Under the pieces are notes generated by a model. The model was not told where the DNA came from, did no database searches, and worked only from the letters and a program-made list of their open reading frames with translations. Below are positions 1-12,420 of a stretch of DNA of 64,000 bases, piece by piece (the first letter of the stretch is position 1; every line of letters begins with the position of its first letter). The DNA lies in contig NC_092676.1 of assembly GCF_964355755.1 (NCBI RefSeq), positions 6,177,888-6,241,887 on the forward strand, given 5' to 3'. Origin of the DNA: Antedon mediterranea. Its lineage: Eukaryota; Animalia; Echinodermata. The translations under genes and the position numbers were made by a program.

Positions 1-229
1 TTTATAAATAATTGTATAAACAAACTAAAATGTAGTTACTGGAGTAACTGCAGTAGAATAATGTTGAAATGATCCCTTACTAATGAAGTTATTATACATT
101 CCTCCCTCACGAAATAACAAACTATTATACTGTTAATGTATTTAGTATCCATGTTAAATGATATATTTTTAATGGTTTTCTGAGTTACTTACAAGAAAAT
201 GCACTAATGTTATTTCATAGTGGTACATA

Positions 230-368
230 CAGTAGAAACGTCTATTAAGGGGATGACTACGGGACACACCAACCAACCTTAATATTGGTGTCCCCTGAAT
301 AGGGCTTGATATACATTTCCCCTTATTCGTTTTTGGAAAGTGTCCCCTTAATAGAAACGGTTCTGCTG
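230..368. mobile_element. Tc1/mariner-pogo-type MITE (CAGTAGAA...TTCTGCTG, TA TSD)
   Basis: ta|cagtagaaacgtctattaagggg ... ccccttaatagaaacggttctgctg|ta: imperfect TIRs with TA on both sides. Degenerate relatives lie near 11030-11100, 20360-20450, 37770-37888 and 45220-45350. Confidence 0.6.
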
Positions 369-2075
369 TACCTTTTATATTTTAGGTCTTAATACTTGTG
401 TTATTCATGTACTGATGCTATAATCTTGCTTGGTTTAATTTTGTTATGTTATTTTAAAACCATCACTGTTTGTTCTGTGTTGGCTAAGTCACTATTTAAC
501 ACTTATCTAAGTTGCTAGTTATATTATTACTACTGCAAAATGTTTTTTTTTATAAAATAGTAAATTAAAAAAATATACTGCATATCTCATTAAGAAATCT
601 AAATATGGTCAAAGAGTTAACAAACCTTTAACGGTGGTCACAATAGAATTTATGAGATACCGTAACACTTGGCATGTTGGGTCTTGCTTGTACACACGTC
701 CTAAATATGCTTTTTAGTATTGTTTTGTGGCATAATCCATTTGGCTACCTAAAAATCTGAAGGCTTCATGGACGTAATAATCTTCCTAAATGCACAGACC
801 CTCCTATGCCTAGAATACAAACAGTATCTTTATGTATCTTCCCTTAACATATAAAGAAAAATACTAAAAAAATATTTGATAATATATAGCAATAATGTTC
901 AAATAAGAAATAAAACTGTTTGTCAATAATTTGGGAGTTTTTCCACAAAAAGAGCTTTGTGCAATGATGATGATTGTGATGCTGTGATGATGATATTGAT
1001 AATAATAATGATTTGGCCCTAATAATATGCAATGCATGAATGATTAAAGAGCCATGGAGAAACAAACAAACTCAGGGGTTATAAAACAATATTAAGAAAA
1101 CGCACACACTTAAATGTGAAACTTCCCATACACAAACGAGCTTCCATGATAAACATCTTTGTGTCAAAGGTCAATGAAACGTCCTTTCGCAAACCTAACA
1201 TTTATGGATTGATCAACAAACGTTACTTAAAAATATTGGTTTCGGTCACAATGTTTTGGTCTGGAAAAAAATTATGCAAATTTGGACAAATTGAATAATG
1301 GAAGTTGCCAACGATGTGTTACACATTATTTTTGCATTATTGCTCAGATCTTGCCAAAGCTGATAAAGGAGGTTGAAAACGAAAAAAAAGATGTTTGTTT
1401 TCGGAATTATAAAGCTTTGCTTTTTTTTTATTTTAAAAAGTTTATTAAGGAGAATTTATTCGTTATGTATGGATGCTGCAGATTGCCGTGTCAAATCCAA
1501 ATTGTATTCTTAAAAAACATAAAAAACTAAAAAAAAACAAAAGAATATTATAAAAACATTGTTTGGTAGGTTAACATGTTTTGAAATCCTTCCTTTTGAT
1601 TGGAGTTTCCCAGAGGGGCATGCTCCAATTATTTGTATACATTTTGTACATAGAGAATACAGGGTTTTTACCAAATAACTAAACAGGTTTAATTAGTTTT
1701 TAGTAAAATATATGCAAAATACACACAAATGTGTTGTTTGTTTTCCAAAAATCTGAATAATTGGAAAACGTTTTTGACACCGAACGCATTTTATGCAAGC
1801 ACAAACATTTTTTTTAAATTTAATTTTTTCTGTTAAATTTTAAAATAAACAATTTATAATTCAATAAACATAAATTGTCAAGAATTGAATGCGTCACAAT
1901 AATAAATAATAATTAACATCCAGTATTATTTAAATATTAGCTTATATACTAGCTATTATCACTACTATATATATATATTTTTACTCATTAATTAGATTTC
2001 GTATTTTTTGTTAGTATACTCATTTAATTTATTTTTCAACACCATGTACCTCAACATTCACCAATAATACTACTG

Positions 2076-2265
2076 TTTCTAATATTGTAGAGCCCTTTAG
2101 TTTTTCATTTTGCGAATTTTAAATAAATATTGCGAGCATGTACTTATCGCAATTTTGTCGTTTTTTATAATGGAATTTTGGGTTACCATACCAAAATTGC
2201 TACAACTTGAAATTAAGCAAGTTTTTTTGCATATTGGAAAAATAAAGGGCTCTACAATATTTGAA
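2076..2265. mobile_element. small inverted-repeat element (MITE-like)
   Basis: ttctaatattgtagagccctttagtttttc (~2076-2106) is inverted relative to gaaaaataaagggctctacaatatttgaa (~2237-2265). Superfamily not assignable. Confidence 0.55.
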
Positions 2266-5200
2266 CATATTAAATTTATTGTATTAAATTTACTATTAAA
2301 TTTGAATTATTAATTTTTACATTATGATCAAATGAAGAAGAGAAGTTTTGTATATGTAACAAAAGGTATAGCTTTATAAAATGTATAAATGCATTCATTT
2401 ATGAAGTTAAAATTGAATTAATTAAAATTGTTTATTGAAAATTATCGTTCTAATATTGCCAATGTAGTTAATTTTGATAGTTACTTTTCGCCGGGATTGA
2501 ATTAAATTTAAATTGGGAAAGCAAATAATTTGATTGGAATGTATAAGGTATACCATTTTGGTTACCATTTATAAGGGATACCATTTCGGTTACCATTTAA
2601 TGTTGTATGCAAGGTCTAGGTGCTATACTGTCGTCAACAGGCAATAAAACAAGGTACGTGGGGTACGGATTATATTATTATTACTGAAGTTCCAGCATTT
2701 TCTGTACTTATTATTTTAAATCTTTGGTTGATAAACTTTATTTGTAACCTATGCATAATTTCCATACCATTTTACGTTTAACATGTATTTTTTGATTTGT
2801 ATAATCTTTGTATATCTTTACGTATAAGCAGTATAATTATTTTTATATGACTAGTTAGTGTGGTTTTCTAGTTGAGTTAGTTTGCTTAATATTTACTAGT
2901 CGATAGAAGTTTGTTCGGTTTTCGTTAGCATTTACAAACTTTAGCGTAGAACTTTAAGATTAAAACAGATGAGATTATGCCATGTAGAAAAATTGTATAA
3001 AGAAAAAAAATGTTAATTACTTAACCTTTGCATGTTAATAAGGGGCATTGTTATTTACAAAAATGAATGATTTTGAGTTTTCTTTTTAATTTCATATCAC
3101 CCTAACTATTTCATCATTCTTTATTAAGAAATATGTTTTTTTTAATACGTGACCTAACATTCATCATGACTTGTCTTAACAAATATGTAACATGATATGT
3201 TTAGGTTCAAAGGTTAATTAATATTCTTAATCTTAACATCTTTCGACATAGAATGACCTCGATTTGCATGTGAAAAGTTAACGCTTTATGCTTGGTTATG
3301 ATTTAATGCCCAAATATGTAACCAAAATGAATTTGTTGGTGGTAACGTGTAAGAATGATAAATTAAGGTAAGAAACTATTATTGTTGGGTTCATTATTTA
3401 AATGTTCCCATCTATCACCTATGCAAACTCTTAAACTTTAATGTCATTCTTATCTTATATAAATAATACTCTACAAAATAAACGGTGTTTATTATGTAGA
3501 GTATTTCTGCTGAGGTTGCCAAGGAATATTTTTTCATGGCAAACGATTTGTACCAGCAATAATATAAGAAACGTTTACTCATATTTCTAGATAATTTTTA
3601 TCATCACTAATATTTACCCATTTTGATTTTTCATTTTTGTTTTTGATATATTAACTGAATAAACAGTTGCAGCATTTAACATTTATTATGAACACTTTTG
3701 CTTATTGGTGTATGTTTTTAATTTTTACAAAATCACTCTAAGTTCCTTGAAAAACACACTGCCTAACCCCACAACCCAAAATAATGCATTTGTTAATTTA
3801 TTAATATTAACCCAGTTTAAATAGTTAAAAAAGAAAACACCTTAACATTTGGTTTTGTTATGCGAAATATGGAATATGCAAATGAGTGAACATATTTTTG
3901 CAGGAAAGGAGAAAAGTAGATTGATATCCAAAAATAAATTTGGATACGATTGTGTTTTAAAATAGTACTACAAAGACCGCTAATATAAATTTAGAATCGA
4001 TGGTTTAAACCGCGAACATTTCATACCTAAAACAAAAAAGAAAACAACTACTGTACAGTAAAAGAACAAAGTTTTGAAATCAGCTATAAATTATTTAACA
4101 TTTTAATTTAATAATAAAAAAATAATGATGTTGCGATTTTAATCTGACAGCAGTTTTTATAAGAGTAACACTGAACACATTGATAAATGTGTTTTATCAT
4201 TTTTTTAAACTAATTACTTATTTTTAATGTCATTTATTTCAGCGTCGCAAGTAGTTTACAAACATTGCCATTATACTGCCATTACTATAAAAATTGTGTG
4301 TGATTGCCGAGTGAACAAAATTCAACAAAGGAGTTCTCTTTTTATTTTTTCGGCGAGATTTCTAAGATGAAGTCAGCGGAAACCGTACAAACTCTTAAGC
4401 CATAAGCTCACCACACCTGTTTTAGATTTCAAATATTAAAAAAAACAACCTTTAATTTTCCAATAAAGTAAGACTGAAAAATTGTAATTGTTTTGTTGAA
4501 TACACCATTTTAAAGTCACAATAGTTATTCACTTTGACCAAAAATGGGATTGGGGAATTAAAAATTATTGATGGTTCCTGATAAAACTGTAATTTTAAGA
4601 AAATGTAGCCAATTGGAACCCCATAGTCTGGAAGTTAATGGGTTTCTTGTTAAATGAAATGTTTATTTTTGTCTTTTTCAAGGAAAATCATTCTTTTGAT
4701 TGCTGTATTTTGTTTTTGACGAAAGTGAATAACTTTTTTAAAATTACCAAATGTTATTCATCTTTATTTTTCATGTTTTGGAGGAAAATACATGTGTACT
4801 ATTTTGAAACCAAATTTATTTTCTAACCCGTTTTGCCTCTTAGATAAATTCAAGAAAATTTAACTTTTATCTGTACAGGAAGTTAAAAACTCGAAGGTTA
4901 TTCTTAGGAAGTGCAATGCGTGAATAATTCATAACACCTCATTCCTGTTCAGTAAATGGGTTACACAATTCAGACTCGAATTCGATATCAATGCATTCAT
5001 TTTGTTGACACTTTTATAGACACCATTCACATCCAATTATTTTTTATAGGAATTGAAAATAATATATCATAAATACACTACCTATATAGTTTTATTTTAT
5101 TGTATGTATTGCTAATTATAGTCTTGGAGTATATATATCCTGATTGTATTCACTAATGTAATAGTTTGACATTTTTTTATTCTATATTTATTATAGAGGC

Positions 5201-5848
5201 TGATAAATATTGATTTTTTTTTTTTATTTTCCATTCTTTAGCATGCTTATTTTCAAGGGCCTCATAGTCCTATAGTATTTTAACCCAATTTTGTTTATTA
5301 TTTCGGCTGTTTTAATTAAATTTAAAATTAAATATACGATAAATTGTTTTTTTTACATTTAACTAACTTATATTTCTAAAACCAAAGTACAAATATGTAT
5401 TTCCAGTGTTATGTGTATGATTATTTTTATATTGAAATATTGCCCGCCCTCTATATTAACCTAGAAGTTGACCCTAAAACGACCCTAAACCATGTAAACT
5501 TATTTTTGTTAATAACTCGTACTGTATACTTAACCCGCCTACATTAGTGTCGTCATGTGGCGCAGACGATACCGATTGACCAATAAGGTGCTAGAGTTGG
5601 ATAAATCATGACGATAATTTATTGTATGTTTTTAGTACTATTAATGGCTAGACGCTGTAACAACCATAATTGGAAATTGCAATTACCCACTAATTAATAA
5701 TTATGCACGTCTGCTATCTTCATCCTGTTATGTTTACTTAACTGAATGTAAAGTAGCATTCAACATAACTGATTTTTATTTTAATTATTCAATCTAATTT
5801 GGGAAAATTGATTGCGAGTTTATACGTGGCTAGTTGCGACCGCCTTAA

Positions 5849-6855
5849 AGGAAAGGAACACCCTGGGCTAAATGTGCCACTGTGCTTATAGATAAATGTA
5901 ATAAAAACATGATTACAATGGTTCAAGGTACAATAGTAAGCAATTTAGTTAAAAAATAGACTTTTAAACGACAACATATCGGAAATTGAACAGCGCCATT
6001 TTGACAGGTTAAGAGCAAATATGTGACGTCAGATTAGGTGGACGCATTCAAGCAAATCCAAGCGTCCATCGTCTTAGTACAGTATTTCAATATGGAAGTG
6101 CGGGATATAACCATAAATAAAATCAATTAAATAGCCTAACATACCTAATAATTCGGAATATGGCTTGGAGTTTTTATAATTCAGAAAATTTGGAACCAGA
6201 ATATACAGAAAGAGAGTTAGTTTTGCGTTGTGCAGATGAGGAAAAAAGAAGAGAAGAAGAACATTCTCGAGCATAACAAGCCGTCGAAGAATGGTGTACT
6301 TGCGGCCAGTGTATCTGTACTGTATGCCTTACTAGGCCTAGAACTCGTGTTGAACGAAAATAAAGTAGACACTGCATCGTCAACAGCCTTCGTTTGGAAG
6401 GTTTACCAGTTAATTCCCCATCCAAATCCCGTTTGAAACAGCTAGGCAATAAAAGTAACAATAGATTAATAATAGCTGAAAGATTTACGAATTGGCTTGC
6501 AGAAGAAAAGATCGAGCGAAGGTTTGTTTACCAAGCCAGCGCATGCTCATACCGCGTCATCGCCGTCCTGCATGACCGCATGTCGCGTTATTAGCCAATC
6601 ATATTAGCGGATTCGCTTATCCAATAGAAGCGCCGAATGCAACCGCGAATCTTAAAATTTTCGTCGGCCGTATCTGACGTCACAAACAGGCTGCCATGAG
6701 CACAAGATGGCGATTTTCAAATGTCTTGAAAACAGCTTTAAAATCCTGTTTACTAGAAAACTACAAATCCGATTTAAACATAAATTGTTCTGAATATTAA
6801 GTTGGTAGGGTTACTTTTATAATAGTTAGGTAAAATATTAGGTTGTTCCTTTCCT
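5849..6855 (+). mobile_element. non-autonomous Kolobok-type DNA transposon (TTAA TSD, AG...CT ends)
   Basis: TTAA|AGGAAAGGAACACCCT ... AGGTTGTTCCTTTCCT|TTAA. Internal inverted subterminal motifs: cgccat...tgtgacgtcagat (~5994-6034) versus atctgacgtcaca...atggcg (~6672-6712). A TTAA TSD with RR...YY termini is the Kolobok signature. Confidence 0.75.
6160..6545 (+). pseudogene. decayed ORF resembling the P2X7 C-terminal ballast / Zn-coordinating Cys domain
   Basis: The frame from 6160 reads MAWSFYNSENLEPEYTERELVLRCADEEKRREEEHSRA*QAVEEWCTCGQCIC. After frameshifts follow MP..NSC*TKI, HCIV, NKSNNRLIIAERFTNWLAEEKIERR and VCLPS. This is the motif order (EPEY, WCxCGxC, MP..CCxE, CI, RxFTxW, LPSC) of ballast-like proteins. 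Stops and frameshifts are present. Confidence 0.65.
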
Positions 6856-9455
6856 TTAATGATTAATGACGTCACATTTTCCAGAAAGCTAATCAGTTAC
6901 TTAACACGTTACTAATGTTAACCTTTGACCTAGTGATGCACCAAACGTATGTAGTAATAATAATGTTCGCAATTAACGATTTTTGCAGCGAATTAGAAAT
7001 ATTTTTTTACAAATACTGATTGAACTAAACAAATTAACCCTAACAAGTGCAATAAACTGCTCAGTATTATACTGGTTTACCGATAGGTATTATTTTATTA
7101 ATCTAGAATAGAAAATTGAAAATATATTATTTTGTTTCTTTTATATAGTTTGTATTGAAAAAGTATCATTTTATATAAAGTGCCTATAACTTGTTGATCG
7201 TGTAAAAGCGTATTCAAACTAAAACCAAATACGTGTACGTAATTATTATCTAATAGTACAAATTAAATGATTTTGAACATTTTTTTAATTAAAGAATTGA
7301 TACAATCATGTTGGTTGTCTTATTTTACCTTATGGCCTGTAGTATCCAATAAATATAATACATCGTTCATATTACTATATCAGAAATTGAGCGAAATAAT
7401 TAAAGAGATCAACAGAGGATGCTCTATTTAATAGTTTGGCCCATAATGAAGATACATGTAACTCGAGTTGTTTTTTTTTATAAACTATTGTGACGTCACC
7501 GTGAAAATCTAGAAGTATGATATAGCTAATGAAAACGATAATAACATAATTCATGTATATCATTTGCTTTCATCCAAAATATAACGAACGGCCAGTGTAA
7601 TGTAGTTGAGGTCGTGAACAAACGTGTTTATCTTCAACCCGTTTCTTATTTTTCAAGTTCGCTAAGCACCCACCCTGAAACTTGACCAATGATAAAGCGA
7701 CATGCGTATGATCCACTGATTGTGATTGGTCAAATTACTTGTATAGCGCTTACAAGTCCTTGTGTTTCGTCTTAGTGGGAAGCCTAATATGCGTTTTATC
7801 GTCTTGTACTTTTTTCTTTACACCATATAGATCGGTCAGTATTTTACCGTTCATACTTTTGAAAAAAATCAACACTTTGTGTTCTTTTAAGGGTGATGCA
7901 AGTACTTCTCGAGAAGTCATTTGTAATATTTTGTAATTGGCTGATGATCTGGAGGCTGGATTTTAATGGTTTACATGTAACATATAGGCCTACATGCAAG
8001 GTGTTCTTCGGCGTATTTAAATAATAATCTTTACACTCTCATGTTTAATGTTGTAGCTATCTCAACATCCCTGAACATTTAGTGCAATTAACTATTCAAT
8101 ATTTACATAACCTTACATCTTAATAGACCTACTTATTTTGCCTTGCTACATAAAAGACCAAAGAACTACTCTGAGGCAGCAGGATAATTTTCTCTGACAA
8201 TTATTATTAACCGCAATGATAGTAAATGATTACTACCTGATATAGAACATTATTCATTACAACATTTTATACTGGAGTACAGTACTATTATGTAGGTTAA
8301 ACATTCAATTCAATTCAACTTAACATTTATTTCTTCCTTCAAGAAAATGAGGTAAACATAACAAATTCCAGTAAAATATATAACAAGTCAATTGATGATA
8401 AAAAAAAGTATACAGATATTAATGCTAAAGTCACTGACGCTCAGAATAGAAAAAGAAGCGAAATACCTGTACAGAGTACTTTGCAAAATATAGACACCGA
8501 CAGAGGGCGTGCTATTTTATATTTCTGCCCATATTGAAGATACAGATAACTCGAGATTTTTCTAAGCTTCATTTAAAAATCAACAAGATGGTCTGTTGGT
8601 ATATAGCTATTTACAGACAAATGAAGATAAAAAATACAACTTAGTAAAATTATATAACAGTATTTCCCAAATGCTGTGCTAGCACTTTTGCTAAGTAAAA
8701 TTAAAAAGAAATAGAAAAATCTGTATACCGTTTTGTATACAAGATGATTGCGTAAACTAAATTCTGTTTTAGAAATAGTTTTGTGTTATATTTGACGATT
8801 TTATGGAAGTAGTTTCCGTCGGTTGATAAGATATTCCAAATATCCGGCCCCTAGTTTGAGTTATTCTGCCTTTAGATATCGGACGAAAGCTCAATGTATT
8901 TTTAATGAATAAAAGATGGAACATCATGAGAGAAGTAATGATGGATAATGCCGTCGTTTGGCATGGGCTTAGTGACTCTGGTGGTCTGTTTCAATTTGTG
9001 AAGTGTGATGTGGAATGTAAATGTGTAAATGAAAAACTGGTTCAAGATTAATTAAAATGTTCAATTTTCACCGCACAACTGACAACTACAATTGCTACCT
9101 ACACACAATGCCGTCGGCGACACCCCTTCCCGACGCCCCTTCCACTTTGGATCTCCAGGGTTTACATGCATGAACAAGAACGTGTTGGTTGTAATATGAC
9201 TTTACCGCAATGACTGGAATTTAAGAACAACGATGATGACGATACAGACTATGACGTAAATGACGTTTGAGTATAAACATGTGCATATGATGGCAATAAA
9301 GACGTCATTTGAAAAGCACGAAGATGCTGTGGCTAAATGGAGACGATGATTATGGTGATGGCGATGACGAGTACGAAGACAATGATGGTGACACATTACA
9401 AAATTTAAATAGGAATTTTCACACCGTTCGAGAAGAAAAACAACGCACATGCACA

Positions 9456-10199
9456 CACAACTAAAAATGTTCTATTTTGCGGGGGAATGGATGGGGTAGG
9501 GATCGAACGAACAAGGACAACTGTTTTATTCAATAAAGCAGCACAACACAACTAAAAAATGTTCTATTTTGCGGGGGAATGGATGGCGTATGGATCGAAC
9601 GAACAAGGACAACTGTGTTTTATTCAATAAAGCAGCACAACACAACTAAAAAATGTTCTATTTTGCGGGGGAATGGATGGCGTAGGGATCGAACGAACAA
9701 GGACAACTGTGTTTTATTCAATAAAGCAGCACAACACAACTAAAAAATGTTCTATTTTGCGGGAGAATGGATGGGGTAGGGATCGAACGAACAAGGACAA
9801 CTGTGTTTTATTCAATAAAGCAGCACAACACAACTAAAAAATGTTCTATTTTGCGGTGGAATGGATGGGGTAGGGATCGAACGAACAATTCAAGGACAAC
9901 TGTGTTTTATTAAATAAAGCAGCACAACACAACTAAAAATGTTCTATTTTGCGGGGGAATGGATGGGGTAGGGATCGAACGAACAAGGACAACTGTGTTT
10001 TATTCAATAAAGCAGCACAGCACAACTAAAATGTTCTATTTTGCGGGGGAAATGGATGGGGTAGGGATCGAACGAACAAGCACAACTGTGTTTTATTCAA
10101 TAAAGCAGCACAACACAACTAAAGATGTTCTATTTTGCGGGGGAATGGATGGGGTAGGGATGGAACGAACAAGCACAACTGTGTTTATTCAATAAAGCA
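9456..10199. repeat. tandem repeat, ~93-bp unit x 8
   Basis: Unit cacaactaaaaatgttctattttgcgggggaatggatggggtagggatcgaacgaacaaggacaactgtgttttattcaataaagcagcacaa starts at ~9456, 9547, 9641, 9735, 9829, 9928, 10021 and 10114. Confidence 0.95.
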
Positions 10200-12420
10200 C
10201 AGAGTATTGGGTTATAATGTAAACCGTCGTGAGGTAAACTGTGCTCTTATACACATTTTTCTGTGTTTTTTTTTTCCATTTTTCCAACTTGCACAATAAT
10301 TATTATACGGTACATGTACAATCAATTTATAAATCGTTCATTGGATGACGTCACACTGCACGATTTCGCGCCCAATATGATTTCATGTGTTTATTCATAA
10401 AATGTCCTAAACTAATAGATTTAGTTTCAACACACGGATTTATAGCAATTTAATATTAATTATGCAAATAAATTAGTTATAGAGTATCATGAGACCGAAA
10501 ATATAAGTCGTCTGAATCTATGTAACATCATCTTCCATGGATATTTATTTGCAGACTTTATTCGCGATAACATCAATAATTCGTAGGCACGTTGAAATGA
10601 TTCTGAGCTGCTTTGCCTGAATGACCATCTCCTGTACTCTTTCCTCCTCCTGAAGCCAGGTAAGAGTAAATTTCTACATAATTCTTTCCTGAGTGTATGT
10701 TTAGAAAAAAAACTACGTATTTCATATCAATTTTGTTTTATTTAAAAGTATAAAATTCCATTTAAAAGTTCATTCAAAATAATTATATTTCATTTCATTT
10801 ATTTTTATTTAAAAACATGATAAAACAATACAAATTAACATAACAAAATCCGTGACGATGACGGGATTATAAACAAAAGCAAACTTAATTGCTGTACAAA
10901 TTTTCTCCGCCGTCACGGACGGGTGACATACAAAAGACAATTAGTCATTTGAGTCATTTGAATATAAAAATAATACAAGATATACAATATGCCTATAATA
11001 AATATATACATATTATATATAATATTCAGGGGACTCCACTCTTGAGGAAGGTAAACTTTGTTTAGTGTCCCCAGGTGTCCTTAATGTGAGTTTGTGCTGT
11101 ATTCAAGATTGTTGAGGGGATCTCTCAGTTGTTGTCAGTCTCGAAAGAACGAATAATATGAATCATTCCGCATTGCATTTTGTTTCCTTCTCTCTCTCTC
11201 ACCTTCGGGTTTGTTTGTTATGTTTAGTGACTTAGTTCACGGTTTTAGACAAAGGTAAGTTGGCGCTGTATATTATCTCATCTAATAATGTGATCAATCA
11301 ATCAATAATAATTTATTTCTCAAATAAAAACAAAGTACAGTTAACATTTTCTAAAATACTATAATAAATAAAAAATGAGAAAATGGGTACCCCGCTGGAA
11401 AATAAGCTTGATGAAAGATGAATCAACCATGAAAATGATGAGTTATATATTGTGCTATGAGAATAACAGATTCAGTATAACCTGCGGCCTATTGATGATA
11501 CCGTTTGTTTGCTGATAAACTAATTAACTAATGTAACTGTTGATATCGGGGATTTGCATTGCGAAAATCTCGGATTTAGTCTATATAAAATCTATAATAA
11601 TATGACGTTTTCAACCGTGTGTTTTCGTCTTACTTCGTTCATAATATGGGTATTCAACCTATACACGGAATATTATGTATAGTATAAATAATTGTTAAAT
11701 CATACACTATGAATATAAATTAATTAATTTTGAAAAATAGCATTCTCCGGGCAAAACATTTTTACGCAAAGAAGGCTAGGCTTCTTGTCTGCTTTTCCAA
11801 ATATCAATAATTAGATATACTATACCACTTATTTTAATATTCAATAAAGAAAACCTAAATGAAAGACGAAAATCAATAGAATGATTTCTGAGGGGGAGGA
11901 AGAAGATTGGTGGTGGAGATGGATTTACGCGTGTTATCAAAACTATTACAAAAAATTGATGGCGCACTCGATCAAGAGCAGACGACTTTTTTGATGATCT
12001 GGGAAATTTCACAACATGGAAGAAATAATATGTTTGTAGACATGTGTTTACAAAATTAGTCAAAAGTCAGTGAAACAATTTGTATTAATGATTAGGAATG
12101 AGAGTATTCATTTACAGTTCCTTATTTTAGAGTATAATGAGCTTACTAGGCCTACCCATTACGTTTTTTTAGGCTAGGCCTAACTAGCTAGCCTATCTTC
12201 TAGGCTCTACCTCTCAGTCAGTCTGTCCTGCTAGGGTAGGCCTAGCTAGTAGGCCAAGAATCCCCTAGGCTAGGCTTAGCACAGGTAGGAAGGCCTTGCA
12301 TGTGTAATAATTAGTAGGTAGGTGCTACGCATACTGCTGTAGTTGGCTATACCTAGGTCTAGTCATAAAAGTTTAAAACATTTTTCATTTCAATGATTTT
12401 TTTAGTTTTGAAAGAAAAAT

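Noticed and set aside
844-5000. Short ORFs in the first 5 kb
   Set aside because: AT-rich low-complexity translations with no recognisable domains or consistent splice chains.
9456-10199. Regularly spaced repeats (also 16821-17331, 22492-22744, 23074-23860) as CRISPR arrays
   Set aside because: They are head-to-tail tandem units without unique spacers, in a eukaryotic spliced-gene context with no cas genes.
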